From: Malacoraja senta
Taxonomy: Eukaryota
Assembly: GCA_038087875.1 (NCBI GenBank)
Contig: CM075988.1
Span: 23,128,001-23,192,000, forward strand
Length of the DNA: 64,000 nucleotides
Reading direction: 5' to 3'
This document shows, piece after piece, positions 12,614-26,312 of this stretch. The position numbers were made by a program, and so were the translations under genes. How positions within the stretch are numbered: the stretch's first letter is position 1; each line of letters begins with the position of its first letter. The notes beneath the pieces were generated by a model that was given only the letters and a program-made list of their open reading frames with translations, was not told where the DNA came from and ran no database searches.

Positions 12614-13103
12614 AATAGACAGTAGACAATAGACAATAGACAATAGGTGCAGGAGTAGGCCATTTGGCCCTTCGAGCCAGCACCGCCATTCAATGTGATC
12701 ATGGCTGATCATCCCCAATCAGTACCCCGTTCCTGCCTTCTCCCCATATCCCCTGACTCCGCTATTTTAAGAGCCATATCTAGCTCTCTCTTGATAGCAT
12801 CCAGAGAACCTGCCTCCACCGCCCTCTGAGGCAGAGAATTCCACAGACTCACCACTCTCTGTGAGAAAAGGTGTTTCCTTGTCTCCGTTCTAAATGGCTT
12901 ACTCCTTATTATTAAACTGTGGCCCCTGGTTCTGGACTCCCCCAACATCGGGAACATGTTTCCTGCCTCTAGTGTGTCCAAGCCCTTAACAATCTTATAA
13001 GTTTCAATGAGATACCCTCTCATCCTTCTAAACTCCAGAGTGTACAAGCCCAGCTGCTCCATTCTCTCAGCATATGACAGTCCCACCATCCCAGGAATTA
13101 ACC
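12614..13103 (-). mobile_element. CR1 LINE 3' end
   Basis: ORF 12709-13089 is CR1 ORF2 C-terminus; (CAATAGA)n tail. Confidence 0.9.
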
Positions 13104-16100
13104 TTCTATCCTACACACAAGGGACAATTTTCAGAAGCCAATTAACTTACAAACCTGCACGTATTTGGAGTGTGGGAGGAAACCGGAGCTTACCCGGAGA
13201 AAACCAACCCAGGGAGAAGGTACAAATTCCACACAGACAGCACCCATAGTCAGGATCGAACCTGGGTCTTTGGCGCTGTGAGGCAGCAACTCCACCGCTG
13301 CGCCACCGTGCCGCCCACTGAGTATTTGCAGTATTGTAGCAAGATAGATGTGGGAGTGAATGATTTACGAAGCAGCAGGTTGGTTGGAAATTGCACATAA
13401 CCTCCTTTGAAGAAGTTGATGACTGCTTTTATTGTGGTTTGTCAAACCTTTGTATTGATCTATGAGCGGTAGAGCCTCCCCTGTTTTGCAGCACGGTTAC
13501 CTTCACTTCTTCCCACACAGTGTCAATGATCAGCTGAAGATTCACAGTTGTACATATCAAAGGAAATGTGCACACATACAGTACTTGCTCATCCAACACA
13601 GAAGAAGTGCCTCATATTATCTAACCTCAAAAACCATTGCTGAAAGGTCATTTATAGAGAAATAGTTCTGATAAAATGTCACTGACCTGAGATGTTGTCC
13701 CTGACATTTACCCATGGCACTGGAGAGTGCAGGAGGACTATTTCCACATGGAAGTAATAATTGATTCAGGTTGCCCATTTCATTTTTGCCATCATTTAGT
13801 TGGGATGTCAGGGGTTATGGGACCAAGGGCCAATGTACTGATGACCACGTGGGTTTTCTCCGGGTGCTCCGGTTTCCTCCCATATTCCAAAGACGTACAG
13901 GTTTGTAGGTTAACATGGCTTCTGTAAGTTGTAAAATTGTCCCTAGTGTGTTGGATAGTGCTTGAGTACGGGGGGGGGGGGGGGGGATCGCTGGTCGGTG
14001 TGGACTCGGTGGGCCGAAGGGCCTGTTTCCTCGCTGTATCTCTAAAGTCTAAAGTTCCCAAACAGCTAGAAATCCCAACTGCCGAAGAAGATGAGAGCCA
14101 TCCTTTTTAGGAGTGTTATTTATTCGGCACTCTCCGAACTCACGGCTCTCGTGTGGGTAGTGTGAATCGAAACATTGCTACTTTTTCTGCACTCTGTTTC
14201 CTATAAACTCACGTGAACAAGATGAAACACGGGGTGCTTAAATGGCTTAGCTTGAACATCATAACCCTGCCAAGTCCTCAGTGAGTTCACTTTTACAATC
14301 CACAGAAATGCAAAGCCTGGAAGAAAAACTAATTTCTAAACATACCTGAGCTATGACATTCCAGCAACAATAGTCAGTGCTCGTGGATTGTAATTGTAAT
14401 GTAATACTCTAATCTTCTCAGTAGGGATTCCCAGCTTCTATGAATACAGATTTCTCAGGTAGGGTCCCCATGAGACTTATTGTGCCAGCTTACAATAATT
14501 AAAAAAACAAAACAGGATTTTATGTAGGCAAGTTCCCAAACAGCCAGGGTGAGGAATCAGTGGGTGGAAAGGTCATAAGGTCATAAGTGATAGGAGCAGA
14601 TTTAGGCAATTCAGCCCATCAAGTCTACTCCGCCATTCAATCATGGCTGATCTATCTCTCCCTCCTAACCCCATGCAAACATGCAACACTCCCCCAGCTG
14701 GGCTCTGCAGGGTCAGGCTGGTTCATGGCTGGGTTTCAGGTATTAACCGTGAACTTGCAACCATTGCGACCTTTCCTCTCATTTTTTTTCTGGGAGGTAG
14801 GTGTTGTTGACAAGGCCAGCGTTTGATGCACCTTTCCAAATGCCCTTGAGGAGGAGGTGGTGAACAGTTCCCCCCAACACCCACAGTTTGTGTGGTGGGA
14901 CAGATACCATTGAGTTGGGGGCCACACCCTCTGTGGTCTCGTAGATCTGGGACTGATTGCTGATTGTAAGAGCAGCAAAATACTACAACGTGAATTCCCC
15001 TAACTGCTGTTTTGGTGGAAGCTGTAACTTGTTTCCTTCAACCTCCCCTCAAATTTGCCTTCAAAAAGTCAAAAATCATTTTAGTTTAACAATGAGTTTT
15101 TAGTTTAGTTTAGAGATACAGACCCATCGGCCCACCGAGTCCGCACCGACCAGCGATCCCCGCACATTAACATTATCCAACACAAGGGACAATTTTTTAC
15201 ATTTACACCAAGCCAATTAACCTACAACCCTGTGCGTCTTTGGAGTGTGGGAGGAAACTGAAGTTCTCAGAGAAAAACCTCGCAGGTCACGGGAGAACGT
15301 ACAATACAGACAAGCAGCTGTCGTCAAGATCGAACCCGGGTCTCTGGCGCTGTAGGTGTTGTAAGGCAGCAACTCTACCGCTGTGTCACCCTGCCACCCT
15401 GTCATATGAAATGTGTCATATTCAACACAAAAAAAATAATCATCAATTTGTCTTTCGTTGGTACTAAGGAAACAAATCATCCAGTAACATCCCACTGCCA
15501 ATTTCCTCTCACTGGCCTGCCCACTTCATTTCCATTGCCAACATCCCTGTGTGGTCTGAATCGTAACATTCAATGGAGACACAAGGAACTGCAGATGCTG
15601 GTGGAACTCGGCAGGTCAGGCAGCATCTTGGGAGGGAACGGACAGAATCAGGACTCTTTCAGACTGATGGAGTAGAGGGAAGAAAACTGGAGAAGAGCGG
15701 TGTGGATGGGGCAAAGTCTAGGTGGATACAGGTGAGGGGGGTTTGGTAGGCGGTTGGGTGGAGTTGGTGACCAAGGGTTGTGGTGAAAAGAAGACTTTGT
15801 CACTTACTCCACCCATCTGCCAAACAACCAACTCCCTTCACTTGTATCCACCTATCACTCACCAGGCTTTGCCTCTCACCCACCTCACTTTTCCAGCATT
15901 CTCTCCACTCCCTCCAACTCCATCAGACTGAAGTGGGGTCTTGGCCTAAAATGCTATCTGTCCATTCCCTCCACAGATGCTGCCTGACCTGCTGAGTTCC
16001 TCCACCATTTTGCCTTTGGCTCATAATTCAATTCAATGATTCAATTATACTTTATTGTCATGTGTACTTACATATACATCTAAGATGAATTGTAGTGTAA

Positions 16101-16206
16101 TGCTGTATATTACATATAACCCTTGAGTTAGAGGATGGTGAATCTGTGGAATTCTTTGCCACAGACGGGTGTGGAGGCCATCACTGGATATTTTTAAGGG
16201 GAAGAT

Positions 16207-16520
16207 TTGTTTAGTTTAGTTTAGTTTAGAGATACAGCGCGGAAACAGGCCCTTCGGCCCACCGAGTCCACGCCGACCTGCGATCCCCGCACATTAACGC
16301 AACCCTACGCACACTAGGGACACTTATACCAAACCAATTAACCTACAAACCTGTACGTATTTGGAGTGCGGGAGGAAACCGAAGATCTCGGAGAAAACCC
16401 ACGCGGTCACAAAGAGAACGTGCAAACTCGGTACAGACAGCACCCGTAGTCGGGATCAAACCCAGGTCTCCGGCGCTGCAAGCGCTGTAGGGCAGCAACT
16501 CTACCGCTGCACCACCGTGC
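16207..16520 (-). mobile_element. V-SINE (HE1-like)
   Basis: Full consensus on the minus strand. Further copies at about 950-1172, 13105-13317, 15098-15400, 22046-22380, 43274-43560, 58681-58996, 59790-60098 and 60481-60730. Confidence 0.85.
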
Positions 16521-18788
16521 AGATAGATAGATTCTTGAAGAGTACGGGTGTCAGGGGTTATGGGGAGAAGGCAGAAGAATGGGGTGTAGAGGGAGAGATA
16601 GATCAGCCATGATTGAATGGCGGAGTAGACTTGATGGGCCGAATGGCCTAATTCACTTATGACCTTAACCAGGTAAAATGATATAGTAGACTTCACCCAG
16701 GCCTCAAGTGTTGCCATGGTTTGGCACCGACATAGTTACAAAAGTTGACCGCACAGTCCCATCAGCCATGCCGCACGTAGCAACAGACTCCCCACCCTAC
16801 CCCCCTCCCCCCCTCATCTGGAACCCCCACCATTCTTAGCAGCCCCCCGCTGGCTCCCACTTTGTTATCGGCAGCCCCCTGTCCTCCCCAGTGCCCCCCC
16901 CTCCTCCCCCCCCCCCCCAAGATGGGTCTCTCATCGTTCATCGTAGTAGAAGGATGTACTATCATAAAATGGTATCATCATTCCATGTTAGACAAAAATG
17001 CTGGAGAAACTCAGCGGGTGAGGCAGCATCTATGGAGCGAAGGAAATAGGCAACGTTTCGGGTCGAAACCCTTCTTCATTCCATGCTTGTTTTCAGAAAA
17101 AAATAGTCTGTCCACAAACATTTTCTGGCAAGTGGTCAATATATAGATTTTGTTCAGAAACTAAAATCTATTAAGCAATATCATACAAGAGTCAGTGTAA
17201 AAAAGCAATGTAAGGTTCAACAGCTTGGTGCAGTTCCAGCAGGCAGTAATATACTTACTCAGCACGACATGCTACATTGCACACTAGGGTGAACATTATT
17301 TCCTCATTCGGATTCTCCTTTGACAAGTTTAAATCTTTCAATGTAAATTCAAGGGGATAGCCCTTCGAGGACGTACTTTTTCCATTCGGTCATCGTTACT
17401 CGGGATTCCATTTATACTATGGTTTGCAAATTGGTTGAAACCCACTGAGATAAGTCAAAGATAACTTGCACCAAATCACGAGAAATAATAATAATAAGAA
17501 CACCCATCATAAATTAAAAATACCGACGCGATGTTTTTGAAGAAATGACTTTGGAATAATTGCTTTCACTATAGTTTACTTTCATTATATCTCATTTTTA
17601 ACGTGGACCACACCAGGCTTCAGTCATAGAGAAGCACAGCACATGCATGGGCCCTTCAGCCCACCTCTTTCATGCTGGCCCTTTTGCCCATTCAGTGAAT
17701 CGAGGACCAGAGGACATAGGTTTAAAGTGAAGGGGAAAAGATTTAATAGAAATCCGAGGGGTAACTTTTTCAACACAAAGGGTGGTGGGTGTATGGAACA
17801 AGCTGCCAGAGGAGGTAGTTGAGGCAGGGATTATCCCAAAGTTTAAGAAGCAGTTACACAGGTATATGGATAGGACAGGTTTGGAGGGATATGGACCAAA
17901 CGCGAGCAGGTGGGACTAATGTGGGACTAATGTAGCTGGGACATGTGTGGACAAGTTGGGCCGAAGGGCCTGTTTCCACGCTGTATCACTCTATGACCGC
18001 ATTAGGACCATATTTTTCCATGGCTTGCCCATTAGGGTGCCTGTCTAAGGTTCTCTTGAACATCGTGATTGTGTACAATTCCTGCTCCTTCTCTGGCAGC
18101 GAGTTCCAGATTCAACTACTTTAGTTTAGTTTAGAGATACAGCGCAGAAACTGGTGGGAGAGTCTAGGACTAGAGGGCACAGCCTCAGAATTAAAGGATG
18201 TTCCTTTAGGGAGGAGATGAGAAGGAATTTCTTTAGTCAGAGGATGGTGAATCTGTGGAATTCTTTGCCACAGAAGGCTGTGGAGGCCAAGTCAGTGGAT
18301 ATATTTATAACAGAGATAGATAGATTCTTGATTAGTACAGGTGCCAGGGGTTATGGGGAGAAGGCAGGAGAATGGGGTTAGGAGGGAGAGATAGGTCAGC
18401 CATAATTCTGCTTCTATCACATGACCTTATGACCTTTGGCCCACTGGGTCTGCGCCGACCAGCGATCCGCCGCACATTAACACTATTCTACACTAGGGAC
18501 AATTAAAAAAAGATTATACCGAGGCACTTAACCCACAAACCTCTACGTCTTTGGAGTGAGGGATGAAACCAAAGTTCTCGGAGATAACCCACGCAAACGT
18601 ACAAATGTACAAATCTAGCAGTGAAAATGAGACTGCGTATAGACAGCACCCTTAGTCAGGATCGAACCCGGGCCTTAAGCGCTGTAAGGCAGCAACTCTA
18701 CCACCGCGCCACTGTGTCACCCTTCACTGAGTAAAAAACCGAGCACCTATTTTCCCTTTTGGAAAAATCAGAAGAAGGGTCCCAACAC

Positions 18789-19184
18789 GAAACGTCACTG
18801 ATCCATGTTCTCCAGAGATGCTGCCTGACCCGCTGACTTACTCCAGCACTCTGTGAAACGTCACCGATCCATGTTCTCCAGAGATGCTGCCTGACCCGCT
18901 GAGTTACTCCAGCACTCTGTGAAACGTCACCGATCCATGTTCTCCAGAGATGCTGCCTGACCAGCTGAGTTACTCCAGCACTCTGTGAAACGTCACCAAT
19001 CCATGTTCTCCACAGATGCTGCCTGACCCGCTGACTTACTCCAACACTCTGTGAAACGTCACCGATCGATGTTCTCCAGAGATGCTGCCTGACCCGCTGA
19101 GTTACTCCAGCACTCTGTGAAACGTCACCGATCGATGTTCTCCAGAGATGCTACCTGACCCGCTGACTTACTCCAACACTCTGT
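18789..19184 (+). repeat. 66-bp minisatellite, 6 units
   Basis: gaaacgtcaccgatccatgttctccagagatgctgcctgacccgctgagttactccagcactctgt starting at 18789, 18855, 18921, 18987, 19053 and 19119. Confidence 0.95.
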
Positions 19185-19214
19185 GTCTTTTTTTTTGTAA
19201 ACCATAGTGGTTGG

Positions 19215-19556
19215 TTCTCTCTGTCCTGGGTCTCCTCCATGGCCACAGCGAGCAACACCGGAAATTGGAGGAAATGCACCTCATATTCCGCTTGGGCAGT
19301 CTACATCCTGGGGGCATGAACATTGAAATCTCCCAACTCTGCTAGCCCTTGCTGTCCCCTCCCCTTCATCAGCCCTCTGGTTGTCTCCTCCCCTCCCCCA
19401 GCCCTCGGGCTCCTCCTCCGCCTTTTTTCATTTTTTCCTTTCTTCTCCCCACCCCCTATCAGTCTGAAGAAGGGTTTCGGCCCGAAACGTTGCCTATTTC
19501 CTTCGCTCCATAGATGCTGCTGCACCCGCTGAGTTTCTCCAGCATTTTTGTGTACC
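19215..19556 (+). mobile_element. Penelope-like retroelement 3' fragment (endonuclease C-terminus + pLTR)
   Basis: Translates VLGLLHGHSEQHRKLEEMHLIFRLGSLHPGGMNIE, typical of the Penelope GIY-YIG endonuclease C-terminus, followed by a pyrimidine tract and the hammerhead-bearing repeat. Confidence 0.75.
19461..19494 (+). ncRNA. Minimal hammerhead-like core in the pLTR following a Penelope endonuclease fragment
   Basis: agt-CTGAAGA-a-GGGT-ttcg-GCCC-GAAAC-GTT-gcc, downstream of the GIY-YIG-type C-terminal remnant. Confidence 0.6.
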
Positions 19557-20489
19557 TGTGGTTGGTTCAGGACTGTTTCTAATCAATAGTGACCCCATGT
19601 AAGTCAACGGTGAAGGACTGGGCCATGATAATGCCATTGAATGTCAAGAGTGGGTGGTCAGAGGACTATAGCATGGAAACAAGTCCACTGAGTCACTGCT
19701 GACTGTTCACCACCAATTTACACTAATCAATTCCACAACATATTATTATATTAAATCAAAATTGCTGGAGAAACTCAGCGGGTGAGGCAGCATCTATGGA
19801 GCAAAGGAATAGGTGAAGTTTCGGGTCGAGACCCTTGAGTCTGCAGAACCCGAAACGTCACCTATTCCTTCGCTCCATAGATGCTGCCTCACCCGCTGAG
19901 TTTCTCCAGCATTTTTGTCTACCTTCGATTTTTCCAGCATCTGCAGTTCTTTCTTAAACATTATATTAAATCAGTTATTATTTCATTGGAGACTAAGTTT
20001 CATTTTATTTTGAACTGCGTAACCAGGATTTAGTTTTCGTTAATTGTGTTCGTGTGTGTATCCAAATTTACCCTTGAATTCTGAAAAGAATGAGCAATCT
20101 TCTTCCTGTAAATCTCTGTGACGAACATTAATTTCTTATTTTAGACTGAACAGCAACCAAAACCTGAAAAATATCAAAAATACTAACCATCGATATTTCA
20201 GTTCCCTTCATTTGAACCCAGACATCCTCTCTCTTACTTAAATAGTGCAATAGTTCAAGTCTGATGACGTTAATCAGTGTCCACTTTCGAATTGGCTAAG
20301 TCTGCATCTATGTCCATTCCAATTCTCTCAGAATAACCCGTCTGAGGTTTTAGATGCAAAGTGCCGTAGTGACTTAGCGGGTCAGGCAGCATCTCTGGAG
20401 AAAAGGAATAGGTGACGTTTCAGGTGGAGACCCTTCATCAGACGAGTCTCAACCCAACACTCAACCCAACCCAACACTCATTTCAGCAT

Positions 20490-20990
20490 TTGGATGTCCA
20501 AAGGGACTTGGGGGTGCTGGCGCTGGATTCCCAAAAAGTTAATTTGCAAGTTGAATCAATAGTAAGGAAGGTGAATGTGATGCTAGCATTTATTTCAAGA
20601 AGACGGGAATACAAAGTCAAAGTCAAAGTCAATTTCATTTGTCACAAAAACAGGGATGTAATGCTGAGGCTTTATAAGGAACTGGTCAGACTGCATTCGG
20701 AGTATTGTGAGCAGTTTTGGGCCCCATATCCGAGGAAGGATGTGCTGGTGTTGGAGAGACTCCAGAGGAGGTTTACGAGAATGATCCTAGGAATTATTGG
20801 GTTAACATATGATGAGCGTTGGACAGCACTGGGCCTCAACTCGCTGGAGTTTAGAAGGATGAGGGGGCACCTCTTTGAAACTTACCGAATCGAGAAAGGC
20901 CTGGATAGGGTGGATTTGGAGAGGATGTTTCCACTAGTGGGAGAGTCTAGGACCAGAGGCCGCAGCCACAGCCGCAGAATAAAAGGACAC
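20490..20990 (+). mobile_element. CR1 LINE fragment
   Basis: QRDLGVL...LYKELVRLHSEYCEQFWAP...RRMRG motifs in ORF 20412-21011. Confidence 0.85.
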
Positions 20991-21106
20991 GGTGACCTTC
21001 ATCATTGTTGAGCCTGATTTAGGGTTGTCTATATATTTCCATGTTGTGCTGGTGTGTGGTCTGGAGGGGAACCTGTAACAACTAGAGTGCGGTCCTGACC
21101 TACCAT

Positions 21107-21845
21107 TAGGGTCACCAACTTTCTCACTCCCAAATAAGGGATAAAAGGTCAAAATAAGGGACAGATTCCTGACAGCAATTCGTTGACCGACTCGGCCGTG
21201 GCAGGGTGAATGATAATAATAATAATAATAGATTTTATTTTAAGGGCGCCTAATACCGAGGTCTCTAGGACACCTTACAATTTAAGAAACATATAAACAT
21301 ATAAACATATAATCAGAGTAAAATAAGTTATAAAGACATCACCAATACATAAATTAAAAACAGAAATTTGATCCAAAAAAGACAACAACAAAATTCAGAA
21401 AACACAACATGAAGGGAGAGCAGCGGCAGCCAACCGCGGCAGCGTACACTGAGTTGGCCCGGGTGCTGGACTGCACACAAAGCCCAGCCGGCGGGCCAGC
21501 TGAGGAGTTTTGGCCCAGGCGCCGGACGTCGCGCCCAAAGTCCGGCACCCCATGAACTGATGATCGGCCATGAGAAGGAGGGGTGGTGGTGGTGTCGGTG
21601 GTAAGCGAAGGTCTGAAGGTCGGACAGCTGGCTGGGCTGGGCGAGGCGCTGCTGCTGCTGCACTCCATGGGCTGCACTATGTCGGGATGGGTGAGGCGGG
21701 GCCGGACGCAGCACTCCGACCAGACAGTCCCCTCGACCCGAGTAGTAGCAGTCAAATACGGGACAAGGGCGGTCCCATACGGGACAAACCAATTTAGCCC
21801 AATATACGGGATGTCCCGGCTAATAAGAAACATTTGGCAACCCTA
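21107..21845. mobile_element. hAT-like non-autonomous DNA transposon with a nested insert
   Basis: Termini tagggtcaccaa / ttggcaacccta; 8-bp flanks cctaccat / tctaccat (7 of 8 match), the TSD length of hAT elements. Confidence 0.7.
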
Positions 21846-23130
21846 TCTACCATCTACCTCACTGGAGACCCTCAGACTATCTTTAATTGGCCTTTACTGG
21901 ATTTTATCTTGCACTAAACATTATTCCCATTATCATGCATCTGTACACAGTGGACGGCTCAATTGTAATCATATGTAGTCTTCCTGCTGGCTGGTTAGCA
22001 CGCAACAAAAGCTTTTCACTGTACCTCGGCACGTGTGACATGAAACTAGTTTAGTTTAGTTTAGTTTCGTTTAATTTAGTTTAGTTTAATTTAGTTGAGT
22101 GATACAGCATGGAAACAGGCCCTTCGGCCCACCGTGTCCTTGCCGACCAGCGATCACCCCACACCAACGCTATCCTACACACATTGTACAATTACAATTA
22201 TAGCAAGCCAATTAATCTACAAACCTGTACGCCTTTGGAGCGTGGGAGGAAACCAGAGATCCCACATGGTCAAGGGGAGAGTGTGGAAACTCCTTACGGG
22301 CAGCATCCGTAGTCAGAATTGAACCCGGGTCCCTGGCGCAGTAAAGCAGCAACTCTACCGCTGCGCCACCGTGCTGCCCCACTGAACTAAACAGAAAGTG
22401 TTGGTGAGCCAGGTGCTGTTGTCCTTGCCCAGCTGGTGGCATCCATTGCACCCAAGGTGTGAGAGGTGCTGCCACAGTAGTCCATGCTTGTCCCTCTATG
22501 TGCTGTTTGTTACATCGCATGTGAACCTGCTTCTCCTGAACAGTTAGAGTGATATTAGTTTAGAAACAAACTATCTTGATATGGGAGACAGTAACCGTGT
22601 ATTAGACCTCTTAATTGCATCTGTTTCCGCAAGGACAACAAAGTACCTCTTTAGAAGGGCAGCTTTGGGTTTGTTTCATGCCCGACTGGATTCCTTGAGC
22701 ATAACCTTGCTTGCACACAATACACTGCACTTGCACTCATCTGCAGAAAGTGCTGCAGCTAAAATATGAATCGCTCATTAGAGATACATCGCAGAGACAC
22801 ACCCTTCGGCCCACCGAGTCTGTGGCAACCAGCGCTGCTCACTCTGTACACTAACACTATCCTACACACTAGGGACAACTCTACCGAAGCCAATTAACCT
22901 ACAAACGTGTACGCGGGAGGGAACCGGAGCACCCGGAGAAAACCCACGCAGTCTCAGGAAGATCGCACAAACTCCATACAGACATCACCCGTAGTCAGGA
23001 TCGCACCCGGGTCTCAAGCGCCATAAGGCAGCAACTCTGTCGCTGTGCTGCTAATTTAGATTTAACAGAAAGAGATTTTCACCTCACAGTCACATATTGA
23101 TGCAAATGTTTTTTTACTGATTACAACCAG

Positions 23131-24425
23131 AATTCATTACCCAATCAGCCATCAAACAAAGCATTGATACCACAAAAACATTGATACCACCAGATATCAC
23201 AAGGTGATCTACATCCATCCCCCTTGATCTCTCATTTTTACACCTCACCCTTCCATATCTCTGTGTCTCCCTCTCCCCCAACTCTCAGTCTGAAGAAGTG
23301 TCTCAACCCAAAACGTCACCCATTCCTTCTCTCCAGAGACGCTGCCTGTCCCGCTGAGTTACTCCAGCATTTTGTTTGACAGGGTTGGCTGAACTCACAA
23401 ACTATGCCCTCAGGAAATCCATACAAATAAGACACAATTGTCAAATGAACACAATGATTCAATGCAGATAAGATCCTCATTACTGATTTACACACATTTC
23501 CTTCTGTTTTAACTGGTGATGATATCAGCGTGTGTCTATCATCCTTAAATGGTCTACCATGTCAGCCTTAATTATGCCCAGTCGTGGAAACATAAATTTA
23601 TAAAAAGTTTTAAAAAATGCTTACAAATGTATCACCAGCTTACCTGACAGAATTATTTATTTCTAAGAGGTAAGGCCAAATCAGTCGAGTGAAGCCCAGT
23701 GGCAGGTTAACCACCACAGTCCACAGGGTATCAGCACCCCAGGCCAAGCTCAACCAAGTACTGTCCCACCAACGGACACGAGTCCAGAGCCCAACCAGCC
23801 ACAGTCAGCGGTAGAGAGGAAGATGGAAGGGAAAAAAGCCGAATGGAGCAGTCACTGGCTGTGGCTGAAGAGAAAAGATGGTGTCTGGGCTGCCACGTGA
23901 CCATCTAGAGGCTAACCATAAGACACACACCCAGGGCTGATCACCCTGCGGTGGGCCTGCCTCGACTGAGGGGGTCTTGTGATAGAAGGGCGAAACACCC
24001 AGTGACGTTGAGGTACACAACTGAAGATGTGTCTGATTGGTAGCAAAATCGCCCAGTGGTCACCCCCAAGAATGTCCCAATTGAATATCTGCATTGAATC
24101 ATTGTGTTCATTTGACAATTGTGTCTTATTTGTATGGATTTCCTGAGGGCATAGTTTGTGAGTTCAGCCAACCCTGTCAACCAAAATGCTGGAGTAACTC
24201 AGCGGGACAGGCAGCGTCTCTGGAGAGAAGGAATGGGTGACGTTTTGGGTTGAGACACTTCTTCAGACTGAGAGTTGGGGGAGAGGGAGACACAGAGATA
24301 TGGAAGGGTGAGGTGTAAAAATGAGAGATCAAGGGGGATGGATGTAGATCACCTTGTGATATCTGGTGGTATCAATGTTTTTGTGGTATCAATGCTTTGT
24401 TTGATGGCTGATTGGGTAATGAATT
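23131..24425. repeat. Inverted duplication, about 340-bp arms (23131-23470, 24086-24425)
   Basis: Arms are near-exact reverse complements and include non-repeat sequence; 615-bp spacer. Confidence 0.92.
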
Positions 24426-25020
24426 GTAACATCCAGTCCTGCTAATCAATAAAATCAAAATTAAAATTTTGGGTAATGTTTACGAATTATTACAACAAGA
24501 CTTTCATATTAATTCCTTCTAATCGCCTATTTTTAGAGCGGCATTAACATCTGGTGGCAGCAGGTAGGGCTGCTGCCCGTCAGCTCCCGATCCTTGGTTC
24601 TGTCTGTGTGGAGTTTGCATGTTCTATCTGTGACTGCATAGGTTTCTCCCAGGCGCTCCTGCTTCCTCTTCACATCCCAAAGACACGCTGGTAAGTTAAT
24701 TACCCCTGCAAAGGTGTGGTCTACAGTATTGGTATGGTTCTATTATTATTGCCATGTGTACTGAGGCACAGTGATAAACCTTGTTTGTGTGCTACTCATT
24801 CAACACAAGGCATACAACGGGTGGTGCAATGAGAAAAATATCGAAATGCAGAATATAGTGTTACGGCATAATAGTGTTACAGTTACAGAGAAAGTGCAGA
24901 TGAAAAAAAAGTCAGGGCGCAGTGGGGTAGGTTGGGAGATCGGGAATACACCCTTACTTATGAGAGGATGATTCAGTAATCTGACAACAGCAGGAAAGAA
25001 GGGGAGTATTGTGGAGCAGA

Positions 25021-25860
25021 GGGACACAGCCCTGATTGGACTGATCCAGGATGGGGAGGAATCTGCCTACAGACAGGAAATGTCACAGCTGGGGTCCTGG
25101 TGCCATCGCAACAACCTGGAGCTCAATGCTCTTAAGACGGTGGAATTGACTGTAGATTTTAAGAGAGCTCCCCCTCCCCTCACCCCACTCACCATCAACA
25201 ACACCACAGTCACATCTGCGGAGTCATTTAAGTTCCTTGGAACCATCATCTCCAAGGCACTTAAATGGGAGGCCACCATCGACTCCACAGTCAAAAAGGC
25301 ACAACAGAGGATGTACTTCATGCGGTAGCTGAGGAAGCACAATCTGCCACAGGCAATGATGGTCCAATTCTACACGGCCATCGTAGAGTCTGTCCTCACC
25401 TTCTCCATCATGGTCTGGTTTGGCTCAGCCACCAAGCACGACACCCGGAGGCTGCAGCGAATCGTCCGATCAGCTGAGAAGGTTATTGGCTGCAACCTTC
25501 CCTCCATTGACGAACTGTACACTGCAAGGGCCAGGAAGCGAGCGGGTAAGACCATCTCTGACCCCTCTCACCCTGGCCACAAACTCTTTGAAGCACTTCC
25601 CTCTGGAAGGCGACTCCAGACTGTCAATGCCGCCACAGCCAGACATAAAAACTGCTTTTTTTTCCACAAGCAGTTGCTCTACTCAATAACCAAAAGTCTG
25701 TAGCCTCCTTTTGCTCTGGTATTTATTTCATTCTTCACATGTTTAAATTATAATGTTTTATTTTTAATTGTTACTGTATATCGTGTTGTTGCTTGCAGGC
25801 AAAGCACCAAGGCAAATTCCTTGTATGTATACATATTTGACGAATAAAATGTATACAATT
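25021..25860 (+). mobile_element. Rex1/Babar-type LINE 3' fragment (RT C-terminus, in-frame stop)
   Basis: DTALIGLIQDGEESAYRQE...WCHRNNLELNALKTVEL.VDFKR...FKFLGTIIS...KKAQQRMYF...FYTAIVESVLTFSI.VWFG. Confidence 0.85.
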
Positions 25861-25989
25861 CAAAGTTATTCAATTCAATCTAGGAGTGTTGGTACATTGT
25901 TCCCTTAAAGTTGCATCACGGCTAGATATGGTGGTCAAGAAGGCTTTTGGTTCATTGGCCTTTATCAGTCGGGGCATTGAGTGTAGAAG

Positions 25990-26312
25990 TAATGGGCCTG
26001 TCCCACTGTACGAGTTTACCCAAGAGCTCTCCCGAGTTTGAAAAAAAATCAAACTTGTGGTAAGCACGTGGAATGTACGTAGCGGGTACGTCGGAGCTCG
26101 GGATGTCTCTTAGCGGCTCGTAACACTAATGGCAGGTACTCGGGAAACGCGGTAAGCTCGGGAAGACTCGTAAAGATTTTTCAACATGTTGAAAAATGTG
26201 CACGAGAGCCCCGAGTACCTACGAGCAGCTATTACCGTAATTCTCCGAGTTCGATTTAGGGGAAACTCGGGAGAACTCTTGAATTAGCTCGTACAGTGGG
26301 ACAACCGCATTA
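25990..26312. mobile_element. MITE, same subfamily as 7437 and 28781 in opposite orientation
   Basis: gggcctgtcccactgtacgag...ctcgtacagtgggaca, inserted in an old CR1. Confidence 0.78.

Noticed and set aside
18789..19184. CRISPR-like array
   Set aside because: Contiguous tandem units with no unique spacers; eukaryotic context.
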